This document shows, piece by piece, positions 8,398 through 21,194 of a stretch of 64,000 bases of DNA. The notes under the pieces were generated by a model. It saw only the letters and a program-made list of their open reading frames with translations, ran no database searches and was not told the DNA's origin. Both the position numbers and the translations under genes were made by a program. Source of the stretch: an uncultured delta proteobacterium (GTDB lineage: Bacteria; Myxococcota; UBA727; VGSZ01); contig CAVZJB010000005.1 in the NCBI GenBank assembly GCA_963775425.1, positions 128,001 through 192,000 on the forward strand, read 5' to 3'. Each line of letters opens with the position of its first letter. Position 1 is the stretch's first letter.

Positions 8398-8844
8398 CTA
8401 CTCGACGACGATCTTGCGCGACGCGAGGACGGTGTCGCCGCGGAGCACTTGCATCTCCCACGTGCCGGGCCTGGACGCGGTGGTCTGCTTGTAGTTGGAG
8501 TAGCCGGTCCACGAGTCGTGGAGCGTGAAGTCGGACGTCGAGCGGACCTCGCCGTTCAACAGGAACTTCACTTTGAGGTCTTCGTACTTGCCCCCTTTGG
8601 GCACAAAGAACTTCACGAACGCGATGAGGGGATCGCCCTTGTTGGCCTTGTCCGCGTGCGGCTCCAGGCAGGCGAGGCGTCCCTCGTCGTTCTTCCCGGT
8701 CTTTTTGCATGCCACGAAGTCCATCAGCACCGGGCCGGCGTCGGCGCCGTGGAGGTAGTACGCGGTGACCTTCTTGATCTCGTCGGCGGTCGGCGCGGGC
8801 GGCGCCGGGTCGGCGAGGGCGAGGATGAGCGCGAGGCAGAGCAT
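8398..8844 (-). CDS. secreted protein, DUF2914-like Ig-type domain
   Basis: Short signal peptide; C-terminal Y..YK......PG.W...V..G..VL pattern. Confidence 0.6.
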   Translation of the reverse strand: MLCLALILALADPAPPAPTADEIKKVTAYYLHGADAGPVLMDFVACKKTGKNDEGRLACLEPHADKANKGDPLIAFVKFFVPKGGKYEDLKVKFLLNGEVRSTSDFTLHDSWTGYSNYKQTTASRPGTWEMQVLRGDTVLASRKIVVE

Positions 8845-8905
8845 TCAGGGACACTAGCGCGGATCGCGGCGCAGTCGTGATACGCATCACAACAGGAGGC
8901 CGCCC

Positions 8906-10078
8906 ATGAAGGTCGCAACAACGCTCAGGACGGGAAGCGCGGAGTCGGTGGCGCGGGACGGCGCCGCGGCGCTGAAGGCCGATCTGGCGGCGGCGCCGGC
9001 GTTCGTGATGGCGTTTTCGTCGACGAAGCAGCCGCTCGGCGAGGTGCTCGCGGGGCTCGCGCGCGATCTCCCCGAGGCGCTCGTGCTCGGCGCCTCGACG
9101 TCCGGCGAGTTCACCGAGGAGGGCGACGCCAAGGGCAGCACCTCGCTGTTCGCCGTCGCGGGCGAGATCAAGGCGTTCGCCGGCTTCGCCACCGACCTCG
9201 CCAAGGACCCCGAGGCGGCGGTGCGCTCCGCGGCCGCGCAACTGCCGAAGGCGGTGGACGGCTACCCCCACCGCACGGCCATCGTGCTCCTCGACGCGCT
9301 CTCGGGCGTCTCCGAGGAGACCACGCTCCTCGTCGCCGACGCGCTCGGCGCCGACGTCCGCCTCGCCGGCGGCGCCGCCGGCGACGATTTCCTCTTCAAG
9401 ACGCCGCTGGTCGGCGTCGGCGGCAAGACGGGCAACGACGCGCTCGCGCTCGCGGTGCTGTTCACCAAGAAGCCGCTCGGCGTCGGCGTGTGCCACGGAC
9501 ACAAGGCGCTCAGCCCGCCGCACAAGATCACACGCTCGAAGGGCGCCGTCGTCTACGAGGTGGACGGCAAGCCCGCGTGGGACGTGTGGCGCGCGGAGAC
9601 CCGCGAGGCCGCCAAGGCGCGCGGCATCGACATCGACACCATCGCCGACGCCGACGTCGGCGCGTACCTCCTGCAGTTCGAGGCCGGCCTCGACGCCGGC
9701 GCGGTCCCGAAGATCCGCGCGCCGTTGTCGCGCGCCGCGGACGGCTCGCTCTCGTTCGCGTGCGGCATCCCCGAGGGCTCGGTGATCCGCATCCACGAGA
9801 GCCAGCCCGAGCCGCAGATCGACAGCGCGCGCGAGGCCGCGCGCCGGGCGAAGGCGCAGATCGGCGGCGGGCCGATCGCGGGCGCGCTGGTCTTCGACTG
9901 CATCTGCCGCAACCTCATCCTCGGCGATCGCTTCGGCGAGGCGGTGCGCGGCATCCGCGACGAGCTCGGCGGCGTGCCGCTCGCGGGCTTCGAGACCTAC
10001 GGAGAGGTCGCCCTCGGGGCGGGCGACATGTCCGGCTTCCACAACACCACGTCAGTCGTCCTTGCTTTCGGGGGTTGA
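8906..10078 (+). CDS. FIST (FIST_N/FIST_C) sensory protein
   Basis: GASTSGEF, LAGGAAGDD, HG..., IT.S.G..V.E.DG.PA, FDCICR and GFETYGE; AGGAGG RBS. Confidence 0.92.
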   Translation: MKVATTLRTGSAESVARDGAAALKADLAAAPAFVMAFSSTKQPLGEVLAGLARDLPEALVLGASTSGEFTEEGDAKGSTSLFAVAGEIKAFAGFATDLAKDPEAAVRSAAAQLPKAVDGYPHRTAIVLLDALSGVSEETTLLVADALGADVRLAGGAAGDDFLFKTPLVGVGGKTGNDALALAVLFTKKPLGVGVCHGHKALSPPHKITRSKGAVVYEVDGKPAWDVWRAETREAAKARGIDIDTIADADVGAYLLQFEAGLDAGAVPKIRAPLSRAADGSLSFACGIPEGSVIRIHESQPEPQIDSAREAARRAKAQIGGGPIAGALVFDCICRNLILGDRFGEAVRGIRDELGGVPLAGFETYGEVALGAGDMSGFHNTTSVVLAFGG

Positions 10079-10087
10079 GGTCCACGC

Positions 10088-10321
10088 GTGAGCCACCCAC
10101 ACGCCCGCACCGAGCTCGCCTCGCTCCTCAGCCAGAACCTGGGGACGGAGAAGGCCAATGAGCTGGTCTCCGCCGCCGCGCGTGAGCTCGGCTTCGGCGA
10201 CCCGCTGTCCACGTCCCAGTGCCTCGAGATCCTCGAGCGCGTCGCTGCGCAACCGGGCCTCGTCGGCATCGCCGCCCGGTTCGCCAAGAGCCGCGTGCTC
10301 TTGCGGTGGTCGGGCGGGTAG
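10088..10321 (+). CDS. small conserved hypothetical protein
   Basis: 77 aa, 9 nt after the FIST gene; helical; ends GLVGIAARFAKSR. Confidence 0.7.
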   Translation: MSHPHARTELASLLSQNLGTEKANELVSAAARELGFGDPLSTSQCLEILERVAAQPGLVGIAARFAKSRVLLRWSGG

Positions 10322-10324
10322 AGG

Positions 10325-11050
10325 TCACCTCCCGCGCACGCGCACGGCAACGACGAGCTTGGCCAGGTCCCTGGCCACCCGCGGCACGCGGCGCACCAGC
10401 GCGATGGGCGGGCTGCGCTGCTCCTCGAGCTCGATGGGGATCTCCTGGACGCGCAGGCCCGCGCGGCCCGCCCGGATGACGAGCTCGCTGGCGAACAGGT
10501 CCTTGTCGACGACGCAACTGTTCACCACCGGCAGGAGCGGCGCCTTGAGGAACGCCTTGAGCCCGTGCGTGTCCGTGCCCTGGAAGCCGAGAGACACCCA
10601 CAGCGCCGTGTTGATCATCTTGGTGGCCACGCGCCGCGTGAACGGCCGCCGGTCGCGCGCGCCGGGCATGGCCTTGCTCCCGACGACCATCTCGCACTCG
10701 TCGTGATCGAGGCGGCGGAGCGCGCGGCGGTGGAAGTCCACGTCGCACATGTCGATCTCGTCGCAGAGGATGATCTTTCCCCGGGCGGCCTCGATGCCCA
10801 GGCGCAGCGCCGCCCCGTAGTTCGGCTCGGAGATCTCGAGCACCGCGATCTCCGGCAGCTCGCGCATGAGCTCCTGCGCGATGGGCACCGTCTGATCGAC
10901 GCAGCCGTTGGCGCAGACCAGCAGCTCGAAGGGCCGCTTGAGCCCGCGTAGATCGCCGACGAAGCGGCGGAGCTGGCGCTCGAGGATCGCCTCCTCGTTG
11001 TAGACGGGGATGACGACGCTGAGCTCGGTGGCTTTCCGCTTGGCCGGCAC
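10325..11050 (-). CDS. glycosyltransferase family 2 (DPM-synthase-like)
   Basis: LSVVIPVYNEE, NGCVDQT, NYGAALR.G, VVGSK and DTHGLK; GTG start overlaps the upstream TAG. Confidence 0.9.
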   Translation of the reverse strand: MPAKRKATELSVVIPVYNEEAILERQLRRFVGDLRGLKRPFELLVCANGCVDQTVPIAQELMRELPEIAVLEISEPNYGAALRLGIEAARGKIILCDEIDMCDVDFHRRALRRLDHDECEMVVGSKAMPGARDRRPFTRRVATKMINTALWVSLGFQGTDTHGLKAFLKAPLLPVVNSCVVDKDLFASELVIRAGRAGLRVQEIPIELEEQRSPPIALVRRVPRVARDLAKLVVAVRVRGR

Positions 11051-11592
11051 TAGAAGCTCATCGCCGTCTGCACGCCGAGCTGCGCCCGCAGCTTGGCGTT
11101 GTACTCGTCCGAGAGGCGCTTCAGCCCGGCGGCGTCGACGGGCGACTCCTCCTCGAGATACGGCAGCCCCGCGATGAGGCCGCCGGCGCCGAGGCCGACG
11201 GGACAAAGGCACGAGCCGGCGAGCGCGGAGATGACCGCGGCCGGCGCCGCCCACCCGATCACGCTCGGATCCGTCGACGTGGAGCCGTAGATGGTGAGGC
11301 CGACGAACGCGCCCCACCCCGCGGCGCACAGGCCGGCGCCGGTGACGCCGAGGCCGATGCCGAGGCCGAGGCCGCTGCTCTGGGCGTCCTTCACCTTGTC
11401 GACGAGGTCCTTCCTGCCGATCTCGGCGAAGAACGCCGACAACGGGACCTCCGCGTGGTTGCGCAACACCTTGTCGCCCTGGACCTCGAAGCGCCGCTGC
11501 GCGTATTCGCGCGCCGCGTCGTCCGCGCGCGCGGGGGCGGCGGCGAGGGCGGCGGCGACGACGGCGGCGAGGGCCGTGCTGCGAAGGCGCAT
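11050..11592 (-). CDS. hypothetical exported/membrane protein
   Basis: Ala-rich signal peptide (ARA-DD) and two Gly-rich TM segments. Confidence 0.7.
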   Translation of the reverse strand: MRLRSTALAAVVAAALAAAPARADDAAREYAQRRFEVQGDKVLRNHAEVPLSAFFAEIGRKDLVDKVKDAQSSGLGLGIGLGVTGAGLCAAGWGAFVGLTIYGSTSTDPSVIGWAAPAAVISALAGSCLCPVGLGAGGLIAGLPYLEEESPVDAAGLKRLSDEYNAKLRAQLGVQTAMSF

Positions 11593-11751
11593 CGATTCGC
11601 CTTAGCGAATACGCGGGGCCGCGGGAAGGTCCCTGAGCGAACACTTGAAGGTCCGTCGTCAACGGCGCGTTTTCCGGGTCCCTTCCGGCGCGCGCCCGCG
11701 CGCGGTCGACGAGCGCTCGCCGGAGGGGCCCGGCGAGGTTAGAAGGGCCGC

Positions 11752-15480
<3,729 letters not shown>

Positions 15481-15530
15481 GACGCGGCGGCGACGGCGCA
15501 AATTTCGGGCGGGTCGCGCGGATGTCCTTC

Positions 15531-16571
15531 ATGGGCATGCGCGTCGTGTTCTTCTCCGATACCCACCTCGGCCTCGACACCCCCGCGCGGCCGCGGGTGG
15601 ACCGGCGTCGCCGCGGCGAGGACTTCTTCGACAACTTCGAGCGCGTGCTGTCGTTCGCCGCCGCCGAGCGCGTGAGCCTCGTGCTCCACGGCGGTGACCT
15701 CTTTTTTCGCTCACGCGTGCCGCCGTTCATCGTCGACCGGGTCTACCAGCGGCTGCTGCGCTTCGCCGACGGCGGCGTCTGCGTCGGCCTCATCGCGGGG
15801 AACCACGAGCGCTCGGTGCTCCCGCCGTCGCTCTTGCTCGCGCACCCGCGGATCCACGTGTTCGCCGCGCCGAGCACGCACGTGTTCGACGTCGACGGCG
15901 GCACGCTCGCCGTCACCGGTGTGCCCTTCATCGGCGACGGCGCGCGCTTCGTCGGCTCGCTGCACGGGGCGCACGCTTCGCATGCGGCCTCGGCGGGGGG
16001 CGGCGGCGCGGACGCGCACGTGCTCCTCGCACACGAAGCCTTCGACGGCGCCGCCTGCGGGCCCGGAGACTTCGTCTTCCGTGCGCGCGGCCCGGGCACC
16101 GGGGGCCACGCCGACGTCGTGCCCGTGGGCCCGCTCCCCAATCGCTTCGACGCCGTCTTGTCGGGCCACATCCACCGCCGGCAGGTCTTGTGGCGCGCGC
16201 GGCGCCGGCCAGACGAGCGGCGCGTGCCCGTGATCTACGCCGGCTCCGTGGAGCGCACGAGCTTCGCGGAGATGGGCGAGCAAAAGGCGTTCGCCGTGAT
16301 CGAGCTGAACGGCGCCGGCGCCGGCGGCCGCGTCCGCTTCGTGCCGCTGCCGGCGCGCCCCATGCTCGACGTGGGCGCGCCCCGCGACGACGACGACGAC
16401 GACGACGACGACGCCCTCTTCGCCGCCCTCGCGGGCGTGCCCGACGACGCCATCGTCCGCGTCACCTGCGACGAGGCCCTCGCGGTCCGCGTCCGCGCCT
16501 GGGCGCGCGGCGGCGGCACGCGTGCGACGCTCGCGTTCGCCGGGCGCGTGAGCGGCGGGCCGCGGCGGTGA
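15531..16571 (+). CDS. SbcD/Mre11-like metallophosphoesterase (nuclease)
   Basis: SDTHLG, GGDLF, GNHE, GHIH and YAGS.ERTSF.E...K.F; start may be 15522, 15531 or 15537. Confidence 0.88.
   Translation: MGMRVVFFSDTHLGLDTPARPRVDRRRRGEDFFDNFERVLSFAAAERVSLVLHGGDLFFRSRVPPFIVDRVYQRLLRFADGGVCVGLIAGNHERSVLPPSLLLAHPRIHVFAAPSTHVFDVDGGTLAVTGVPFIGDGARFVGSLHGAHASHAASAGGGGADAHVLLAHEAFDGAACGPGDFVFRARGPGTGGHADVVPVGPLPNRFDAVLSGHIHRRQVLWRARRRPDERRVPVIYAGSVERTSFAEMGEQKAFAVIELNGAGAGGRVRFVPLPARPMLDVGAPRDDDDDDDDDALFAALAGVPDDAIVRVTCDEALAVRVRAWARGGGTRATLAFAGRVSGGPRR
16386..16412 (+). repeat. (GAC)9 trinucleotide repeat encoding poly-Asp
   Basis: Perfect repeat read directly from the sequence. Confidence 0.9.
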
Positions 16572-16583
16572 TACGGTCACGAC

Positions 16584-17044
16584 GTGCCTGCGAGGAAGAA
16601 GCCCGCGACGCCAGCCACGTACACCACGCTCTTTCCGCAACACCTCGTGAAGACCCTCGTCGGCGTCGTCGACGGACAGCCGCTGCGCTGCGTCCTCGGG
16701 CGCGCGAACGCACAGAGCGACTTCGCGCGTTTTGTGTGCCTCATCGCGCGCATGCTCGTCACGTACAAGGGCACCGTCGGGGCGTGGAACAAGCAGCGTG
16801 GCGCCGCCGACCGCATCGTTGCGAGCCCGTGGACCCAGGTGCTCGCCGGCGAGCGCGGGACGCCGCAGCACTTCTTCCGGCCGCTGCCGCCCGACCTCGT
16901 GCGCGCGCTGCGTTACGACGGGGTGAAGGGTCCGCGCGCGCGATCGACGACGAGGGGAAGCTCAGGAAGGCCATCAGCGTCGACGGCGTGTTTCGCTTGA
17001 TGCCCGACAGCGGGGACGAGCTCACCTGGCTGTCGTGGATCTGA
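16584..17044 (+). pseudogene. hypothetical protein interrupted by a frameshift in a CG dinucleotide run (~16933-16942)
   Basis: Removing one CG joins ...YDGVKGPRA to IDDEGKLRKAISVDGVFRL...WI*, giving ~152 aa. Confidence 0.5.
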
Positions 17045-17109
17045 CGAGCGCCGGCGGGCCGCGAAGCTCGGACGCGGCTCAGCGTGATGGGCGAGCGGGC
17101 AGCGGCTAG

Positions 17110-17931
17110 CTAGAGGGCGACGCCGCGCTTCATGCGCCGCGACGCCCGCTCGACGATGCCGGCGAACGCCGCGTGTGGGACCAGGCGCTTGAACAGCCAG
17201 GCGGCGGCCGCGTCTCGGTGGGTGAGCACCAGGAAGTCGCCGCGCTCGATGGCGCGGAAGGCGCGGCCCGCGACGAGCTCGGCGCTCACCGAAGAGCCGG
17301 TGACCATGCGCTCGGTCATGGCGACGACGTCCGGCGCCGACGTCTCCGCGAGCGACTTTGCGAGGTCGGTCTTGAAGAACGACGGGCACACCACGCTCAC
17401 CTTGATGCCGTCGGCGGCGAGCTCGGTCTGAAGCGTCTCGGAGAGCGCGACCACCGCCGCCTTGGTGGCGTTGTACGTGGCCATGAACGGCAAATGCACG
17501 AGGCCCGCCATCGACGCGACGTTGACGAGGTGGCCGGCGCGCTGTCGCTTGAAGATCGGCACGAACGCCTTGCAGCCGTGCACCACGCCCATGAGGTTGA
17601 CGTCGATGACCCTGCGCCACTCCTCGAGCGGGACGTCGTCGAGCGCGCCGCCGCTGGCGACGCCGGCGTTGTTCACCACCACGTCCACGCCGCCCCAGTC
17701 GTCGACCAGCGAGCGCGCGGCGCCCTCGAGGTCCTCGGCGCGCGTGACGTCGCAGGGGACGAAGCGCGCGCCGAGCGCGGACGCCGCCTCTTCGCCGCGC
17801 GCCGGGTCCTTGTCGCCGATCGCGACGCGGGCGCCGGCCTTGGCCCAGCGCGCGGCGAGGGCGCGGCCGAACCCCGAGGCGCCGCCGGTGATGAAGACGC
17901 GGCTCGGTTGCGAGGCGGAGGGCTTGGTCAT
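17110..17931 (-). CDS. SDR family oxidoreductase
   Basis: ITGGASGFG, NNAGV, NVAS and YNATK. Confidence 0.93.
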   Translation of the reverse strand: MTKPSASQPSRVFITGGASGFGRALAARWAKAGARVAIGDKDPARGEEAASALGARFVPCDVTRAEDLEGAARSLVDDWGGVDVVVNNAGVASGGALDDVPLEEWRRVIDVNLMGVVHGCKAFVPIFKRQRAGHLVNVASMAGLVHLPFMATYNATKAAVVALSETLQTELAADGIKVSVVCPSFFKTDLAKSLAETSAPDVVAMTERMVTGSSVSAELVAGRAFRAIERGDFLVLTHRDAAAAWLFKRLVPHAAFAGIVERASRRMKRGVAL

Positions 17932-19073
17932 CGGAGGGCTCCTTCGAGCAGGCGGGCGGTGTCGACGAGGGCGGCGCGGCAGGCGGGGCTGATACCGGCG
18001 AGGTTGGCGAAGCCGTGCACGAGGCTGTCGTAGCGGCGCAGCGTGGCGTCGACGCCCGCCTCCGCGAGCGCGCGGGCGTACTCCTCGCCCTCGTCGCGCA
18101 GCGGGTCGAACCCCGCCGTGACGACGACGGTGCGCGGCATGCGCCCGCGTCGCTCTCCCAGGGCGCCGAGCGCGTCGAGCGGCTGCAGCCGGAGGTCGCC
18201 GCCGCCGACGTGGCCGGAGTAGTGCCGTTCGAACGCGTCGATGTCGGCGCGCTCGAGGAGGAAGCCGCGCGCGAACAGCTCCAGGGACGGGCGCACGCGC
18301 CGCCGGCACGTGGGGGGATACAGGAGGAGCTGCGCGGCGGGGACGGCCTCGCCGTCGCGGACGGCGTCCTGCACGGCGACCGCCGTGAGGTGCGCGCCGG
18401 CGCTGTCGCCGCCGACGGCGATGCGCTCGGGGTCGACGCCGAGGGCGGCGGCGTTGTCGAACGCCCAGCGCAGCGCCTGTCGTGCGTCTGCGAGCGCGGC
18501 GGGGAAGGGCGCCTCGGGCGCGAGCCGGTAGTCGACGGACAGCACGTCGACGCCGGCGTGGCGGCAGAGCGCGCGGCACACGCCGTCGTGGGTGTCGATA
18601 TCGCCGAGCACGAAGCCGCCGCCGTGGAAGAACACGAGGAGCGGCGCCGGCCGCCGCGCACCGCTGCGGTAGTGGCGCGCGCGCAGGGCGCGCTCGGGCC
18701 CGACGAGGACCACGTCGCGTGCGCCGTCGACGTCGACGCGACCGCCCTGGTGTACGAGGCAGTCGCGGCGGAACCGGCGCCGCGCGTCATCCACGGGGCC
18801 GTCGGTCATGCGGCCGCCGCCGAGCCGCTCGCGCAGGGCCAGCATGAGCTGCATCTCGGGGTGCAGCGTCAGCCCGTCGACGACGACGGGCGCGCCGCCG
18901 GCCATCTTGCGCTGCACCCCGGGCGGCAGGCTGAAGATGGCGCGGGCGAGCGCGCCCTCCACGCGATCGTTCCCGGCGACGAGGTGGCGCACGCGCGCCC
19001 TGAGCGAGCTCTTGCCGCTCGCGGTGTGCGCAGCCTGGGGGCGGGCGCCGCTCGAGGCGGTGGGGGCGTTCAC
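17928..19073 (-). CDS. HSL-family esterase/lipase (alpha/beta hydrolase)
   Basis: FFHGGGF, VDYRLAPE, GDSAG, DPLRDEG and HGF; GTGA/ATGA overlaps with its neighbours. Confidence 0.93.
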   Translation of the reverse strand: MNAPTASSGARPQAAHTASGKSSLRARVRHLVAGNDRVEGALARAIFSLPPGVQRKMAGGAPVVVDGLTLHPEMQLMLALRERLGGGRMTDGPVDDARRRFRRDCLVHQGGRVDVDGARDVVLVGPERALRARHYRSGARRPAPLLVFFHGGGFVLGDIDTHDGVCRALCRHAGVDVLSVDYRLAPEAPFPAALADARQALRWAFDNAAALGVDPERIAVGGDSAGAHLTAVAVQDAVRDGEAVPAAQLLLYPPTCRRRVRPSLELFARGFLLERADIDAFERHYSGHVGGGDLRLQPLDALGALGERRGRMPRTVVVTAGFDPLRDEGEEYARALAEAGVDATLRRYDSLVHGFANLAGISPACRAALVDTARLLEGALR

Positions 19074-20566
19074 GGGGCACCTCCTGCGCAGACGTAGTCG
19101 GCACCGCGAAACGCCGCGCGCTTCTTGAACGCGCGCGGCGAGCGGGGCCACAGCGTGGAATTGCGGCCGCTGCCGTCGAGGTACCAGCTCGAGCAGCCGC
19201 CGCTCACCCAGACCGTGCCGCGCATCTTGTTGTCGACGTCGGCGAGGAAGCGGGCGGTGGCCTCTTCGGTGGGCTCGATGGCGCCGTGCGCGGCGATGTG
19301 GCCGACGGCGTCGACGACGTGGTCGAGCTGCGCTTCGATCATGGTGAGCACCGAGGTGTGGCCGAGCCCCGTGTTGGGTCCCTGCAGCAGGAAGAAATTC
19401 GGAAAGCCCGGGATCGTGGTGCCGACGTGGGCGAACGGCGTGTCGCCCCAGCGCTCCTTGAGCGTGCGCCCGTCGCGGCCGAACACAGTGCGCGCCATGG
19501 GCGGGTCGGTGACGCGGAAGCCCGTGGCGAGCACGATGACGTCGACGTCGCGGGCGACGCCTGCGCCGTCGACGATGGAGCGCTCGCGCACCTCGGAGAC
19601 GCCGTCGACGACGAGCTCGACGTTGTCGCGCTGGAGGGCGGCGTAGTAGTCGTCGCTCATCAAGATGCGCTTGCAGCCGACGGCGTAGCCGGGCGTGAGC
19701 TTTGCGCGGAGCGCCGGGTCCTTCACGCTCGCCCGCAGGTAGCGCAGGGCCAGCCTGCGCAGCAGGCGCTCGGCGCGCGCGTCGATGAAGCCCGCGAGGA
19801 GCACCCCGCGCATGGACGAGACGGCGCCGCGCACCATGCGCTGCAGCACCGGCGCACGCGCGTAGGCCCGCTTTCTCCGCTCGGAGATGGGTCGATCGTT
19901 GCGCGGAAAGATCCACGGCGGCGTGCGCTGGTGCACCGTGAGCCCGCCCACGAGCGGCGCGATGGCCGGGATGATCTGGATGGCCGACGCGCCCGTGCCG
20001 ACGACCGCCACGTTGCGCCCGCGCAGGTCGACGTCGTGGTTCCAGCGCGCGGAGTGCATGACGTCGCCGGTGAAGCGCTCGATGCCCGGCAGCGACGGCA
20101 CCGCGGGCTCGCTGAGCGCGCCCTGGGCGCCGACGACGACGTCGGCGACGAACGCGCCGCGCGAGGTTTCGATGTGCCACGCGCCGTCCCGCCAGCGCAG
20201 GGCCTTCACCTCGTGGTGGAAGCGCGGGCGCACGCCGCGCGCGGCGGCTACGCGCTTGAGGTACGCGAAGATCTCGGGCTGCGACGAGTAGGAGCGCGTC
20301 CACGACGGGTTGGGCGCGAAGGAGAGCGAGTACAGGTGCGACTGCACGTCGCACGCGCAGCCCGGGTAGGTGTTGTCGCGCCAGACGCCGCCGACGTCGC
20401 CGGCGCGCTCGAGGATGGTGACGTCGTGAAAGCCGGCCTCGCGCAGGCGCACGGCGGCGCCGATGCCGGCGAAGCCCGCGCCGATGACGGCGATGCGCGG
20501 GGACGACGGGGACGACGCCGCAGCGGGGCGGCCGGGGTCGAGCGCGGAGCGGATCGCCGGTACCAT
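19070..20566 (-). CDS. Baeyer-Villiger-type flavin monooxygenase
   Basis: GAGFAG, GGVWRDNTYPG.ACD, FTGDVMHSARW, GTGASA and ATGF. Confidence 0.95.
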   Translation of the reverse strand: MVPAIRSALDPGRPAAASSPSSPRIAVIGAGFAGIGAAVRLREAGFHDVTILERAGDVGGVWRDNTYPGCACDVQSHLYSLSFAPNPSWTRSYSSQPEIFAYLKRVAAARGVRPRFHHEVKALRWRDGAWHIETSRGAFVADVVVGAQGALSEPAVPSLPGIERFTGDVMHSARWNHDVDLRGRNVAVVGTGASAIQIIPAIAPLVGGLTVHQRTPPWIFPRNDRPISERRKRAYARAPVLQRMVRGAVSSMRGVLLAGFIDARAERLLRRLALRYLRASVKDPALRAKLTPGYAVGCKRILMSDDYYAALQRDNVELVVDGVSEVRERSIVDGAGVARDVDVIVLATGFRVTDPPMARTVFGRDGRTLKERWGDTPFAHVGTTIPGFPNFFLLQGPNTGLGHTSVLTMIEAQLDHVVDAVGHIAAHGAIEPTEEATARFLADVDNKMRGTVWVSGGCSSWYLDGSGRNSTLWPRSPRAFKKRAAFRGADYVCAGGAP

Positions 20567-20597
20567 TCAGTACCAAGCTATGGTACGGTTCGGTACC
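20559..20597. promoter_or_regulatory. two tandem palindromic TetR operators GGTAC-N6-GTACC
   Basis: GGTACCATTCAGTACC (20559-20574) and GGTACGGTTCGGTACC (20582-20597) lie between the divergent BVMO and tetR starts. Confidence 0.75.
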
Positions 20598-21191
20598 ATG
20601 CAAGCGCTTTCGTCCCCGCTCCCGTCCGAAGCCGCCGTTCGTCTGGTCGCGGGGATGCTCGACGCCATCGAGGACAAGGGCTACGGCGCGCTCACAATCA
20701 GCGACGTGGTCCGCCACGCCCGCGTGAGCAAGCGGACGTTCTACGAGCACTTCAAGACCAAGGAGGAGTGCTTCCTGGCCGCCTATGCCGCCGCGTCCGA
20801 GGAGACCCTGCGCGTCATCGAGGCCGCCGCCGACGGCGCCGCCACGTGGGGCGCGGGCGTGGACGCCTCGGTGCGCGCGTACCTCGAGCTCCTCGAGGAC
20901 AAGCGCGCGCTCACGCGCACGTTCCTCCTCGAGATCCACGCCGCCGGCCCCGCCGCCCTCGCCGCCCGCCGCGCCGTGCACGGGCGCTTCGCGGAGCTGC
21001 TGCGCCGGCTGGTGGCCAAGGCGCGGCGCGATCGCAGCGACGTGAAGGCGCTGTCACCCAAGCTCGCCGTCGCGCTCGTCGGCGGCATCAACGAGCTGGT
21101 GCTGGTGGCGCTCGAGCAGGACGGCGAGCGCCTGTGGGCGTTGCAGGGCGCCGCCACCGAGCTCGTGCGCGCGGTGGTGATGCGCCCCTGA
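20598..21191 (+). CDS. TetR/AcrR family transcriptional regulator
   Basis: KGYGALTISDVVRHARVSKRTFYEHF.TKEE HTH. Confidence 0.95.
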   Translation: MQALSSPLPSEAAVRLVAGMLDAIEDKGYGALTISDVVRHARVSKRTFYEHFKTKEECFLAAYAAASEETLRVIEAAADGAATWGAGVDASVRAYLELLEDKRALTRTFLLEIHAAGPAALAARRAVHGRFAELLRRLVAKARRDRSDVKALSPKLAVALVGGINELVLVALEQDGERLWALQGAATELVRAVVMRP

Positions 21192-21194
21192 CGT

